This document shows, piece after piece, positions 39,459 through 49,122 of a DNA stretch of 64,000 nt. The stretch is from IMG/VR virus record IMGVR_UViG_3300043411_000942, positions 168,938-232,937 of that record. The stretch is one strand, 5' to 3'. The notes beneath the pieces were generated by a model. It had not been told where the DNA came from. It ran no database searches and worked only from the letters and a program-made list of their open reading frames with translations. The translations under genes were made by a program, and so were the position numbers. Each line of letters starts with the position of its first letter. The first letter of the stretch is position 1.

Positions 39459-39494
39459 CAGAGGACCATCCTGGAAAACCAGGATGGTCCTCTG
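39459..39494 (+). terminator. Perfect 16-bp hairpin after MCP
   Basis: CAGAGGACCATCCTGG-AAAA-CCAGGATGGTCCTCTG. Confidence 0.7.
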
Positions 39495-40362
39495 TCATTT
39501 GGTAAAATGCATCCCTTGCGTAGCGATTCCGACCCTTCTGCTAGACTCTCTAACAGGTACCCTAACGGCAAGTGGGGATCTCGTTGGAAGCGTTTTCTAT
39601 GTTGGGGCTTTGGACTCAACGGCAGCTGGAGGTGCCTCTGTAGCGGTAGACCTACTTATGGGCGAGTTGGGAGCTGTAGACTGTAGCGGATCTGCAACCG
39701 TTGTAGCGGACCCTACCTCTCTCATGGCTTTGGGGTTGACTCTAGAAGCTGCGTCCTACTTGGTGACCCCTTCCTTGTGGAGTTCTCTAGGGGTACCCCT
39801 ACCTTTGGTGTATGGAAGTGATACGAACTTCAGTTCTACCCTGGGTCCAAACCTCATCACCTCTACTGTGCGTAGCCCAGCGTTCTCTACGAGAGGGACC
39901 GGGAAGTTTTCAGCCGAGGGTAAGCTTACGGGTAGGCAGGGGTCTATTGACCTTTGGATTACAACTGGGGCGACAGGATCAGCTAGGTCCTTGATTGTAC
40001 TTACCAACGGGGTAACCAATAACTTCCTAGAGATCCTCCTCGACACAAACAACAGAGTTAGTCTGATTCACCGTTCTGAGGCGACCGCCATTGTAGCTCA
40101 AGCTACTGCGCAGTTTGCAGCGGAGCCAGTTGGAACTAGAATGAATCTAAGGTATGTTTGGGACTCTACTCAGGCAGTTGACGTGTCCACTAGATTCGCG
40201 GTACTGTACAAAAACAACGAGAAGATAGCCACTTGGGCGACTGACCCAACGGCAGCTTGGGATAGTTTCTTCCCCACCCTTATCTACGTAGGAGTTGGAA
40301 GCGTGGCTACGGGCGGAGACTTCAACGGCACCGTAGACAAGGTTCAAGTTGGTACTGCCTGA
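39484..40362 (+). CDS. Virion protein with LamG/ConA-like C-terminal domain (start uncertain)
   Basis: GSIDLWI, NLRYVWD, VLYKNN, IYVG, FNGTVDKV pattern; Ala/Gly/Leu N-terminus resembles 49123 and 50270. Confidence 0.5.
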   Translation: MVLCHLVKCIPCVAIPTLLLDSLTGTLTASGDLVGSVFYVGALDSTAAGGASVAVDLLMGELGAVDCSGSATVVADPTSLMALGLTLEAASYLVTPSLWSSLGVPLPLVYGSDTNFSSTLGPNLITSTVRSPAFSTRGTGKFSAEGKLTGRQGSIDLWITTGATGSARSLIVLTNGVTNNFLEILLDTNNRVSLIHRSEATAIVAQATAQFAAEPVGTRMNLRYVWDSTQAVDVSTRFAVLYKNNEKIATWATDPTAAWDSFFPTLIYVGVGSVATGGDFNGTVDKVQVGTA

Positions 40363-40706
40363 CAGAGGGAGCTTCCTATGCCACCGTTGAATATCTGGAC
40401 AATCGGACCATTTGTGTGGTGGTTGCATGTCACAGACGCTACTTTACGTCTCTGGGGTTTGAAGAAGTGACCAGTGCAGTGGCTGGGCTGCAACAACTAC
40501 TCCTCTGAGCTTGTCTACTATAGGTCCAGCATGGGATCCGTACTCACCTGAGGCCCCGCAGTGAGTAGTTCCCAAGACTTATTTTCACCCAGTCGAACTT
40601 TTCTGGTTGATTTCGCTAGCGCGATAAATGTACTTGGGTTATATAGTAGGAGTACTTAGGCATTGTTGATGCCAAATATCGTAAGATATCGAAAGGACAA
40701 GAGAAA

Positions 40707-41108
40707 ATGACAAAGACAGAGTTGATTTCGGCCCTCGCAGCAGAGATGGAAAGCAGCAACAACAAGTCCACGAAGGCGACCATCCGCGCTTTCCTCAAGG
40801 CACTTGAGGCTGTTTCGTGTAAGTCCCTTAAGAAGGACGGAGCGGTTACAATTCCTGGTCTCGTGAAGCTACTTGTCCTAAAGGTGGGCTCGAAGCCAGA
40901 GCGTAAGGCTCGGAATCCTGCGACTGGCAAGGAGATGATTGTCCCCGCGAAGGGTCCGGGCAAGAAGCTGAAGGCCCGATTTGTTCGTTCGCTGAAGGTC
41001 GGTGTTGGGCAGATTGCGGCTCCACCGAAGAAGGCTTCGACGGCTAAGCCTGCGGCTGCAAAGGCTGCAAAGGCTGCAAAGCCTGCGGTAGCGGCTGTCT
41101 CGAACTGA
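40707..41108 (+). CDS. HU-like DNA-binding protein with Lys/Ala-rich tail
   Basis: MTKTELISALA, VTIPGLVKL, RKARNPATGKEM.VPAK; tail KPAAAKAAKAAKPA. Confidence 0.9.
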   Translation: MTKTELISALAAEMESSNNKSTKATIRAFLKALEAVSCKSLKKDGAVTIPGLVKLLVLKVGSKPERKARNPATGKEMIVPAKGPGKKLKARFVRSLKVGVGQIAAPPKKASTAKPAAAKAAKAAKPAVAAVSN

Positions 41109-41128
41109 AGTCGGTCCGAACTATCCTC

Positions 41129-41170
41129 AAAACCCCTCTCCCTCTAATAGGGGAGAGGGGGTTTTGCTTT
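41129..41170 (+). terminator. Intrinsic terminator after HU
   Basis: AAAACCCCTCTCCCT-CTAAT-AGGGGAGAGGGGGTTTTGCTTT. Confidence 0.75.
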
Positions 41171-41174
41171 CCGA

Positions 41175-41186
41175 TAATCTACTTGT
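41175..41186 (+). promoter_or_regulatory. Candidate phage late-promoter motif TAATCTACTTGT
   Basis: Variants recur in several intergenic spacers; this copy lies directly after a terminator. Confidence 0.4.
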
Positions 41187-41218
41187 CATATACCCCTTAT
41201 AGATGGAGGTTACGGTAA

Positions 41219-42517
41219 ATGGCATTAGATCAAATCAAGTTTCGACCGGGCACGATGATCAAGTTCTTCTCAACCAAGTCGTTTGCGTTGGGTAGTACTG
41301 GGTATAACGTTACGGATGGTATGGAGGTCCTGTTCGATGGGACTACCGTAGAATTTAGCGGCAATCGGTTTACGCTACCTGGACTTCGAGGGGCCATTAG
41401 GGCTCAGTGGTTGGTACTTCCAGAGGAGTACGAGGCCATTATGGAGAGTGGGGGTGTGGACCCAGTTTCCGCGAACGTTCAAGTACGGTCTACGAGTGAC
41501 TTAGGTCAAAACCCTATGCAGCCTGCCCGTAAGGGTATGATTGCGACGGTTGAGTCTGATGAGCGTGTGGTCATGAGTCGAGGGGATCGTGCGGCAAGTG
41601 TGCAGCAAGCGAGGACGGCACAGAATCAAGCAAGGGATCAGGCGAGGCCTTCCGGTGGAATTGCTAGGTCCTTTGTTAGCGGTAAGGGTATCGATGTAGG
41701 TGGTGCCGAGTTTGGAACCCCTGTAGCTCGTACGTTTACTACCCCAGCAAAGCAAACCCCAGAGGTTACTCCCAACTCGGTAGGTCAAGCTATTATGGCG
41801 GCCGACAAGGTGAAGGTGCAACCGGGGCAGGGGATGTCTGAGAGTGAGATGCTTTCTCGTATGTCGGACGATGACAGAGAGGCCTATCTATCGGAGAAGG
41901 AAGCTCGAAAAGCAGATGTCCTTAGTCGTACAGTAGGGTATGAGCGAGAAGAGAGGTCCACCTCTAATCTCGCGAGTAACAACCAGTTGGGTACTCAGGT
42001 TAAGCAGGCCAGTGCCCCGCGTACGGTAGGGAAGGTGTCTGGGCACAAGGTGAGCAACACAGAGGGCTTTACGACTACGCTGTCTACAGGCAGAGGAGTA
42101 GAGATTGCAGACCTATCCGGAATGGATGATGCCCCAGCTCGTCAGGACACGGTCTCTTCTGAGGGTATGACGTTTAGAAATACGAACGGCCCAAGGAAGG
42201 CATTCAAGCCGGTTGTAAGCAGTGACTCGGCAGAGGCCTCTACCGATGCAGATTACATTGTACCCGTAAGACACGAAGAGCCTCAGTCTCGTATCGACAA
42301 GGATGGGACTGCGGACACTCGAAAGTTGATCGCCAAGTCAATCTGCAAAGAGTTCCCTGACGACTACGATTTCAGTGCTCACTGGAAACGTCGGCTAGCT
42401 ACCATTCGACTGAACTATGAGGGCAACTTCGAGGTCATTCGAGCAATCTTCGCAGCCGAGAGTGACGACTTCAAGAAGCTCCTTTTGGAGGAGTTCCCAG
42501 AGGCGTTTACTTCTTAG
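41219..42517 (+). CDS. Hypothetical protein
   Basis: GGAGG RBS; 432 aa. Confidence 0.75.
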   Translation: MALDQIKFRPGTMIKFFSTKSFALGSTGYNVTDGMEVLFDGTTVEFSGNRFTLPGLRGAIRAQWLVLPEEYEAIMESGGVDPVSANVQVRSTSDLGQNPMQPARKGMIATVESDERVVMSRGDRAASVQQARTAQNQARDQARPSGGIARSFVSGKGIDVGGAEFGTPVARTFTTPAKQTPEVTPNSVGQAIMAADKVKVQPGQGMSESEMLSRMSDDDREAYLSEKEARKADVLSRTVGYEREERSTSNLASNNQLGTQVKQASAPRTVGKVSGHKVSNTEGFTTTLSTGRGVEIADLSGMDDAPARQDTVSSEGMTFRNTNGPRKAFKPVVSSDSAEASTDADYIVPVRHEEPQSRIDKDGTADTRKLIAKSICKEFPDDYDFSAHWKRRLATIRLNYEGNFEVIRAIFAAESDDFKKLLLEEFPEAFTS

Positions 42518-42530
42518 TTCGTGAGCTTGA

Positions 42531-42567
42531 GAAGGGTGGGTAGCCTACGTGAGGTTACTCACCCTTC
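42531..42567 (+). terminator. Intergenic stem-loop
   Basis: GAAGGGTGGGTAGCCT-ACGTG-AGGTTACTCACCCTTC. Confidence 0.55.
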
Positions 42568-42599
42568 ATGCGTAATTCATTTGTACCTATGTGTAATCG

Positions 42600-44366
42600 A
42601 TGACTCGAAGTGCAAGCACTCACAAAGAAGCTGGGATCATCGTTTACCTTCAGGAGGAGTTGACCGACGCAAGAATGCGTTGCGACCAACTGAAGAAGTT
42701 CGTTGATCGGGCTGTACGTCACATATCCGACTCCCCTCAGAAAGATCACTTCTATGAGGTGGCAGGGGATCTCATCTACGGGATTCCGGATGCTCTGTTC
42801 CGGCTAGATAAGGCTCTTGACGCTACGGCTCTTGCTGCGGCTAGGCTGGACTATGAAGAGCTGAAGCAGAGCCTTAAGCCAGAGAAGGTAGAGCTACTGG
42901 AAGAAGTTCTTAAGGGCGTTAGGGTGAGACACCTTGACCGACGCGCCCCATCTGCCATTAAACCGAGTCCAGAAGGCCTAGCCTTCCCCCAGGAGAAAAC
43001 TGCTATGTTCAAGGCTGCGTCCAAAAATCGTGTTGCTGAGGCTCTTTACCGTATCGCTTCTGGAGTGGAGGCGGCAAGCCTATCTCCAGTGGACGCTACC
43101 ATGAGGCTACATCGAGTCCTCATGGCTCTAGCTCAGACTCCAAGTCGAGCTGTTCAAGCCATGGGTCCTATCCAGGCAGACTCTCGTGAGAAGGTCATGG
43201 AGGGGTTCAAGGGAGCCAACCCAGACCTCACGGATGAGCAGCTTGAGGAGATCGCTGACCAGTGGGAGGCGAACAAGGACGTCGTAAAGGATAAGCAAGC
43301 TGCTGGTGAAGAAGGCAAGGCCTTCAAAGAGTTGCTAATGGGGCATAAGGCGTTAGCTCGTGCGCGCTTCTTACTTGAAGACGCGGAATATAGCGAATCG
43401 CTAGACGATATGATGGTTGATCTCGATAAAGCCCAAATGTTGGTTGCTAAGTGTCTAGATCGACTCAAGAGTGGTAAGACAGCTCACTCTAACAAGTCAG
43501 CTGCTGGTCTCAGGTCAGCAGCAATATCTGAGCAGGGGCTAGTCTGGGACGCAGAAGACTTAGTTGCATCCTCGGATATTCAAATCCGTAAGTTGCAAAT
43601 CTTTACCCGTGAGTGCAAAGGGAGGGCAGATCTTGCTACCCCTTTGAAGTACGTTATGAAGTGGCTGGTGGATGCAGACGCCTCACTCAGAGGCATTGAA
43701 CATACACTCAAGAGTGGTAAGAAGACAGCCCGCTACGAAGAAGCTGGTCTCAGGTCAGCAGCAATATCTGAGCAGGGGCTAGTCTGGGACGCAGAAGACT
43801 TAGTTGCATCCTCGGATATTCAAATCCGTAAGTTGCAAATCTTTACCCGTGAGTGCAAAGGGAGGGCAGATCTTGCTACCCCTTTGAAGTACGTTATGAA
43901 GTGGCTGGTGGATGCAGACGCCTCACTCAGAGGCATTGAACATACACTCAAGAGTGGTAAGAAGACAGCCCGCTACGAAGAAGGTAAGTCCGCAGACCCC
44001 ACTCAGAACATGTCTGAGGAAGACGCTGCGGAGTGGAAGAAGCAGACTGAAGAGAACAAGGACAACTTCAAGTCCGCTGCTGGTAAGGCCTTCCGTTACC
44101 CGGAAGGTCAGATGACGGAAGAGGACTGGGTCGACAGATACGCTGAGTCGGTGGAGGAGTACCGTGCTAGATGGACCGACCTCTTTGATCGTCGGAAGTT
44201 CAACAGCCTGGAGGGGTTTGGGGCACAGCAAAAGTACGAAGACGACCTGAAGCTCAAGGCCCAGAAACCCCGCTTCAGAGCTTGGAAGAAGGGTAAGGAG
44301 ACGTACCAGGACATCTCCAAGGCGACGTTCGAGTGGGCGAAGAAGCGAGGCATCAAGTCCGAGTAA
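42600..44366 (+). CDS. Modular hypothetical protein with internal 80-aa duplication
   Basis: 588 aa; segments bounded by K[TQS]A; internal AGGAG...ATG at 43005. Confidence 0.75.
   Translation: MTRSASTHKEAGIIVYLQEELTDARMRCDQLKKFVDRAVRHISDSPQKDHFYEVAGDLIYGIPDALFRLDKALDATALAAARLDYEELKQSLKPEKVELLEEVLKGVRVRHLDRRAPSAIKPSPEGLAFPQEKTAMFKAASKNRVAEALYRIASGVEAASLSPVDATMRLHRVLMALAQTPSRAVQAMGPIQADSREKVMEGFKGANPDLTDEQLEEIADQWEANKDVVKDKQAAGEEGKAFKELLMGHKALARARFLLEDAEYSESLDDMMVDLDKAQMLVAKCLDRLKSGKTAHSNKSAAGLRSAAISEQGLVWDAEDLVASSDIQIRKLQIFTRECKGRADLATPLKYVMKWLVDADASLRGIEHTLKSGKKTARYEEAGLRSAAISEQGLVWDAEDLVASSDIQIRKLQIFTRECKGRADLATPLKYVMKWLVDADASLRGIEHTLKSGKKTARYEEGKSADPTQNMSEEDAAEWKKQTEENKDNFKSAAGKAFRYPEGQMTEEDWVDRYAESVEEYRARWTDLFDRRKFNSLEGFGAQQKYEDDLKLKAQKPRFRAWKKGKETYQDISKATFEWAKKRGIKSE
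43503..43982 (+). repeat. Exact 240-bp tandem duplication
   Basis: 43503-43742 is identical to 43743-43982 and keeps the reading frame. Confidence 0.95.
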
Positions 44367-44374
44367 GTCCATCG

Positions 44375-45163
44375 ATGAGCCTTTTTGCCGAGTCCAAACT
44401 CCCTGAGGGAGACCCAGCGGGTAGAGGGGTGTCTTTGGATCCTGGGATCCCAGGCACCTCCACCTTTGCTAAACCCTCAGGGGAGCCTCCCAGAGGTCAG
44501 GGGGTTGAGGACTCGTCCATCTATCGAGTGGATGATGTAGACAGTCTACTGAAAAGCCAGACGACTCCAGACTCCACTGACCTTCAAAATCTACGGCCTT
44601 CGTATGCGACACCAGGTCCCGTAGATAGCCCTAAAACAAGGTACCCGAATCGAGATGGCATCCCAAACGCTCACAATGCGGGTTTGGTGTCGTCCGTAGT
44701 CCAACTCTGGTTACTTAAGTCAGCACGGGAGGTTCAAGTCGACCTTACTCTTCCCAGTAGGGTAGCTGCGACCATCGCTGAGATTGAGACGGGGTTGAAC
44801 CCTAAGACTCAGATGAAAGCCAAGTCTTGCTCCTCTACTTTGAAGAGAGCTGACATAGCTAATTTGAGATGGATTTTTTCGGTGGATTGTGGGAATGGTC
44901 CTAGACTTGTTAGGCTGAAGGCTGTACGAAGCGGTAAGGTTGTAGCTCTTACGAAGATGGGTCTATTCTTCTCTTGTTCCTGTCCAGGATGGCAGTGGTT
45001 AGGCCCAGAGTACCATGCAAAAGGGGAGAGCTACATTGACGGTAAGCCGAGAGGTACAGCGTCCCCCCCAAACATCAAAGATCCTACCCGCGTGAATAGA
45101 GTCTGTAAGCATGTAGCGGCAGTTCTCTCCCAAGTGCGAGCTTGGCAGATACCAAACAAATGA
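44375..45163 (+). CDS. SWIM zinc-finger protein
   Basis: FSCSCPGWQW...RVCKHVAAVL (CxC...CxH); start moved to ATG 44375. Confidence 0.7.
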   Translation: MSLFAESKLPEGDPAGRGVSLDPGIPGTSTFAKPSGEPPRGQGVEDSSIYRVDDVDSLLKSQTTPDSTDLQNLRPSYATPGPVDSPKTRYPNRDGIPNAHNAGLVSSVVQLWLLKSAREVQVDLTLPSRVAATIAEIETGLNPKTQMKAKSCSSTLKRADIANLRWIFSVDCGNGPRLVRLKAVRSGKVVALTKMGLFFSCSCPGWQWLGPEYHAKGESYIDGKPRGTASPPNIKDPTRVNRVCKHVAAVLSQVRAWQIPNK

Positions 45164-45177
45164 GATGAGGTTAGACC

Positions 45178-45588
45178 GTGCCAACGTATTCAATTGAGTG
45201 TCATGAGTGTGGGACCGTACGGGAGCAAAGACTTTCCTACTCAGAGTACGACTCTGTACGAGGGGGGAGTAAGAGCCTTACCTGTGACAAGTGTGAACTA
45301 CCGGTTCACATTGGATTCCATCCTGGAGCCATAGGCTTCATTCTGAAGGAGGGGGAGTCCGGTGGTTGGGCGAGTAAGTCCATTCGGGAGAATGCTTACC
45401 GTACCAAGCGTAGAGCTGTTATGGCTCAGAAGGAAGCTGACCACGTTTTCAAGAACTCTCTTCAGGCAAACTACGATGGAGCTGAAACTGGCTCTTGGAG
45501 AGAGGCTCAAGAGTTGGCTCGAAAAGAAAAAGGTGACGTTGCTGCTGCCACCTATAACCCTCTTGTACAGAAGGAACAGATGACATGA
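45178..45588 (+). CDS. FmdB-like zinc-ribbon protein
   Basis: MPTYSIECHECG...CDKC...F.LK...GGW. Confidence 0.7.
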   Translation: MPTYSIECHECGTVREQRLSYSEYDSVRGGSKSLTCDKCELPVHIGFHPGAIGFILKEGESGGWASKSIRENAYRTKRRAVMAQKEADHVFKNSLQANYDGAETGSWREAQELARKEKGDVAAATYNPLVQKEQMT

Positions 45589-46604
45589 GTGCTCCACGAT
45601 TGTTTTCTGTTCTCAGGCGTAAGGCAGGTCTAATCGACCTAATTACCCCTATTCTACCTCCGTCAAGTCTGGTTGAGCAGTATCGGATTAAGACCGATAT
45701 CAACCCAGCAGGGGCCTTCGTGACTAGGGTAGTTACAGCCCCTAGAACGGGGATGGTAGATCCTGACGTAGCTGGAGGGCAGCATGTGATTCAACCGGGC
45801 GAGAACGTTCGGATGATCTTCAAGCCTTCCAACTTTGCGTTGTCGGACAATGCCGTCTGGGTAAAGTTGGTCTACCTAGATAGTGCAGGGTTGGAGTTGT
45901 CTACCCCCGCCCCTAGTGCGCCAACTTTGATTCTCCCTCCTGTTGGAGGCCCTGAGATGGCCGGGTTTACGGTCTCTGTACCCAACCGAGCAAGCCTTGC
46001 TACAGCTCTTCGTCTCGACCTACCTAGAGCGATGGAGAATGTCAGGCTCCTGAACCTGGACACGGGAGTGGCTATCTGGGTAGCGTTCAATGAGGGCGGA
46101 CCTGAGGTAAAGATCCCATTCGGAAAAGAGCTTGTAGGGTTCCAGGGTACGGTATCCTCGCTATTTGTCAGAGGGGCTGGAGCAGCCGATGTTGCCGCTG
46201 TAGGGTCGTTGACTCTTGCTGCAAATGTGGTTGCAACGAACACGGTCACCATTGGCAGTAAGGTCTACACTTTTGTAAGCCCTATGGTGAACGTCGATGG
46301 GAACGTACTCATTGGAGCTACGGCTTCGGATTCCATTGACAACTTGATTGCAGCGATCAATCTAACCCCGTCTGGAGCTGGTACTCTCTACGCAGCAGCA
46401 ACAACATTGAATACCTCGGTTGTAGCCGCTGTAGCCCCTGGGGATGTAATGGGCGTCACTGCTTTGGTGGCAGGAGTAGCGGGTAACTCCATTGCAACTA
46501 CAGCTACAGGTGGTATCGCAACCTGGGGGGCGGCTACACTTGCGAGTGGAGCTGGAACCCCTGTAGACCTATCAGTAACATTTACTTCGGCCTTCCCACG
46601 ATGA
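45585..46604 (+). CDS. Virion structural protein
   Basis: Ala/Gly/Thr-rich C-terminal part (TVTIG..YTF, NL.AAIN, G.AGNSIAT) of the kind seen in sheath/fibre proteins. Confidence 0.55.
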   Translation: MSAPRLFSVLRRKAGLIDLITPILPPSSLVEQYRIKTDINPAGAFVTRVVTAPRTGMVDPDVAGGQHVIQPGENVRMIFKPSNFALSDNAVWVKLVYLDSAGLELSTPAPSAPTLILPPVGGPEMAGFTVSVPNRASLATALRLDLPRAMENVRLLNLDTGVAIWVAFNEGGPEVKIPFGKELVGFQGTVSSLFVRGAGAADVAAVGSLTLAANVVATNTVTIGSKVYTFVSPMVNVDGNVLIGATASDSIDNLIAAINLTPSGAGTLYAAATTLNTSVVAAVAPGDVMGVTALVAGVAGNSIATTATGGIATWGAATLASGAGTPVDLSVTFTSAFPR

Positions 46605-46677
46605 AGGTAGTCGTCCTTCGTACGTTTTCTTTTTATGAAACGGGTTGTGTAACCCTTCCCCGTTTAGGAGTGACCAA

Positions 46678-47307
46678 ATGCTGAGGCTTACCCACACTCA
46701 AGTTGCACAAGGTGCCCACTATATTCCGGACATTGATGACGGCCTACCCCGTAAGACTGCGGGTCGTGGGATTGGGGCCCCAAAGAGATTTGACCGTGAT
46801 GGCAGCTCGCCAGGTGGCGCTGATCGTAGCGTCAAGCCAGGGGCTAACTTCGACAAGCAAAAGTGCTATGTCCCTAGGGTCAAGGCCGGGGAAGTAACCA
46901 TTGCTGGGTACATTGACATCGCTGAGAGCGATGCAGTGTTGCTCTCTCAGGCGAGGGGTACAATCAACGGACTCCGTGTGGCTAACCACATCACCGTGAC
47001 TTCCTTCCTAGCTACAGACCTTGCGGCCCCTGTCCTCACGCTAGCAGATAAGGACACCCCAGGAGCTGGAGATCTTCGTATCACTGGAACTGGGCTAACC
47101 TCACTAGCTCCGGACATCACGACGGTCATCCTTACAGGTACCGCAGCCATTACGCTCACCCAGTCTCAAATCACTACCGGAGGTGGCTCGATCAGTGCTA
47201 CCCAGATCAACATTCCGGCAGCGTTGATTCCTGGTGTTGCTCTGACCACAACCTCTGCTCAGATTCGTGCAGACGGTCAGTTGTCGGCTGTCGTAGCTCT
47301 AACATAA
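46678..47307 (+). CDS. Virion protein with C-terminal Ig-like domain shared with 47701
   Basis: AGGAG RBS before ATG 46678; ADKDTPGAGDLRI.GTGL...LSA.VALT shared. Confidence 0.7.
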   Translation: MLRLTHTQVAQGAHYIPDIDDGLPRKTAGRGIGAPKRFDRDGSSPGGADRSVKPGANFDKQKCYVPRVKAGEVTIAGYIDIAESDAVLLSQARGTINGLRVANHITVTSFLATDLAAPVLTLADKDTPGAGDLRITGTGLTSLAPDITTVILTGTAAITLTQSQITTGGGSISATQINIPAALIPGVALTTTSAQIRADGQLSAVVALT

Positions 47308-47313
47308 AAAGCT

Positions 47314-47676
47314 ATGAAAGCCCCTGCACTTCTCAGTCTAATCGACCAAGAAGCTGGGGCTTTCCAGCGGATCGACAACAAGTGGCGACCTCAAAACCTC
47401 TTGTTTGAATTACAGATGAAGACGTTGATGGACGATATGACTCGTAGGTTCAACTTGGTGGTTCAAGCTGAAAGTGAGTTTCAAGGTTTGGTTAGGGCTG
47501 CATTCTTTGTCAAGTCCATTCGGCAGTTGAACCTCATCCTCAAAAGAGCTAACTTCGTTCGTCGAATTAACGACCTAGCCTTTATCCAAGCTGTGTCAGA
47601 TTTCTACTCAGTGTACGGAGAAGTGCTTAGGTATCTCAAGATTGATCAGGCAAGAGGCCAATTACAGCCCATATAG
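47314..47676 (+). CDS. Hypothetical protein
   Basis: 120-aa ORF filling the gap between two paralogs. Confidence 0.55.
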   Translation: MKAPALLSLIDQEAGAFQRIDNKWRPQNLLFELQMKTLMDDMTRRFNLVVQAESEFQGLVRAAFFVKSIRQLNLILKRANFVRRINDLAFIQAVSDFYSVYGEVLRYLKIDQARGQLQPI

Positions 47677-47700
47677 GGTCAAAGATTAGAGGAGTTCCAA

Positions 47701-48450
47701 ATGCGTGTTGCTGTTATCCGAGGGGATCTTTCAAAGGGTCTATACATTGCGGACGTAGACACTAGAGGTCAGTTCGCAGGTAAGAGTAATGCTCGCTCTG
47801 TTGGGCGCCCAAGTGTAGCGGACATTACGGCGTACCTAGCTGCTCAAGGACTGGCTGCAAGTGCTGCCACTTTGATTACGGCTACGGTTCCCGTGGGAGG
47901 TCCAGTTAACGTATCTTCTGCTACGATTACTGGCGTAGCTGGGCTTGGAGGAGCTTCTGCTGCTCAAGTCCTAGCTCTACAGGATTTGCTAGCGCCTTAC
48001 TTCGTTGAGACAGATGCCGTAAAGAAGAGCTTCCTGTACGGAAACCTTGCGGGCTTTAGGTCGGCTTCGTTTAATCCTGACCCTCGACGCGAGCCAGCTC
48101 TCTCTTCGAGTGCTGCGATTTCTTGTGTGCAGGACGACGGGTCTACTGCATTTAACCCACTCCCTCCGGTAGTTACAACTGCGGACAAGGACACTCCAGG
48201 AGCTGGAGACCTTCGTATTTCAGGTACGGGTCTTCTTCCTTACGGTCTCTACTCGTACACCGTAATTCTAGAGGGCGTGCTCACAAAGAAGTTGACTCAG
48301 GCGCAAATCCTTGCTGGGGGCGGCTCTATCAATGCAGGTGGGACTCAAATCGACATCCCAGCAGCGTTGGTCCCAGGGGCAACTCTGACGACCACTACGG
48401 CTAGGGTCCAAGTGAACGACATGCTGTCCGCAGCTGTCGCCCTTACCTGA
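47701..48450 (+). CDS. Virion protein, paralog of 46678
   Basis: GAGGAG RBS; shared C-terminal domain. Confidence 0.75.
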   Translation: MRVAVIRGDLSKGLYIADVDTRGQFAGKSNARSVGRPSVADITAYLAAQGLAASAATLITATVPVGGPVNVSSATITGVAGLGGASAAQVLALQDLLAPYFVETDAVKKSFLYGNLAGFRSASFNPDPRREPALSSSAAISCVQDDGSTAFNPLPPVVTTADKDTPGAGDLRISGTGLLPYGLYSYTVILEGVLTKKLTQAQILAGGGSINAGGTQIDIPAALVPGATLTTTTARVQVNDMLSAAVALT

Positions 48451-48458
48451 GAGAGAGA

Positions 48459-48740
48459 ATGGACCCTCTAATTTGGAAAACTGCGGATGCTCAGAAAGTG
48501 GTCGCTGACCAGTGGCGAGACGCTTTACGTAAGTTACAGGTTAGACTACTAGCTGCGGAGGCTGAAGCAAAGTCCCTTTCGGATATGATGCGAGGCTCTT
48601 TGGACATGGGGGACGTTCTCTCGAAGAGGGTGTTACCCCCAAATGCCGTAAAGCAGGTATCTGATATCTGGAAGCAGACTTCGGACTTGAGTAATCAGGT
48701 CCAAGAAATTTCAAAAAAGCTAATAGCTGTACGGGGTTAG
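48459..48740 (+). CDS. Small coiled-coil protein
   Basis: Starts MDPLIWKTADAQ, like MNWKTSADATQ of 62288. Confidence 0.6.
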   Translation: MDPLIWKTADAQKVVADQWRDALRKLQVRLLAAEAEAKSLSDMMRGSLDMGDVLSKRVLPPNAVKQVSDIWKQTSDLSNQVQEISKKLIAVRG

Positions 48741-48776
48741 GGTCATTCCCCTAACCCCTTCTAGATGTAGAAACCG

Positions 48777-49049
48777 ATGGATAGAGAGGTGGAGCAAATG
48801 TCAAATACATTGAAAGAACGAGCGCCGTTTAGGACCCCAGACCTGTACTTTGCAGCTTACTTGCAGACAGCAGGCGTTACGATGCTGAAGTCTGAACGGG
48901 AGAACTCTCGGGTGTTCTTTGTGTTCAGTACCGAGGTTGCAGACATTGAAGAGCTGAAAACAGGTTGGTTCAACAGCACTGCAAAGATTCCAGCAATGAC
49001 GTTTGCGAACAATATCAAGTCGTTGAAGTCTGTATGTCACATGACCTAG
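48777..49049 (+). CDS. DUF5659-like protein
   Basis: FRTPDLYFAAYL...RVFFVF; alternative start at 48798. Confidence 0.6.
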   Translation: MDREVEQMSNTLKERAPFRTPDLYFAAYLQTAGVTMLKSERENSRVFFVFSTEVADIEELKTGWFNSTAKIPAMTFANNIKSLKSVCHMT

Positions 49050-49066
49050 ACTACCCCGTTCCCACC

Positions 49067-49078
49067 TAATCTACTGAT
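49067..49078 (+). promoter_or_regulatory. Candidate phage late-promoter motif TAATCTACTGAT
   Basis: Intergenic copy of the recurring motif. Confidence 0.4.
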
Positions 49079-49122
49079 AACCTAGTATGTGTGGTGGGAG
49101 TGACCCTTAGGAGAGCACGAAC

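Noticed and set aside
43503-43982. CRISPR array or IS-related direct repeats
   Set aside because: Two adjacent 240-bp coding copies with no spacer and no transposase.
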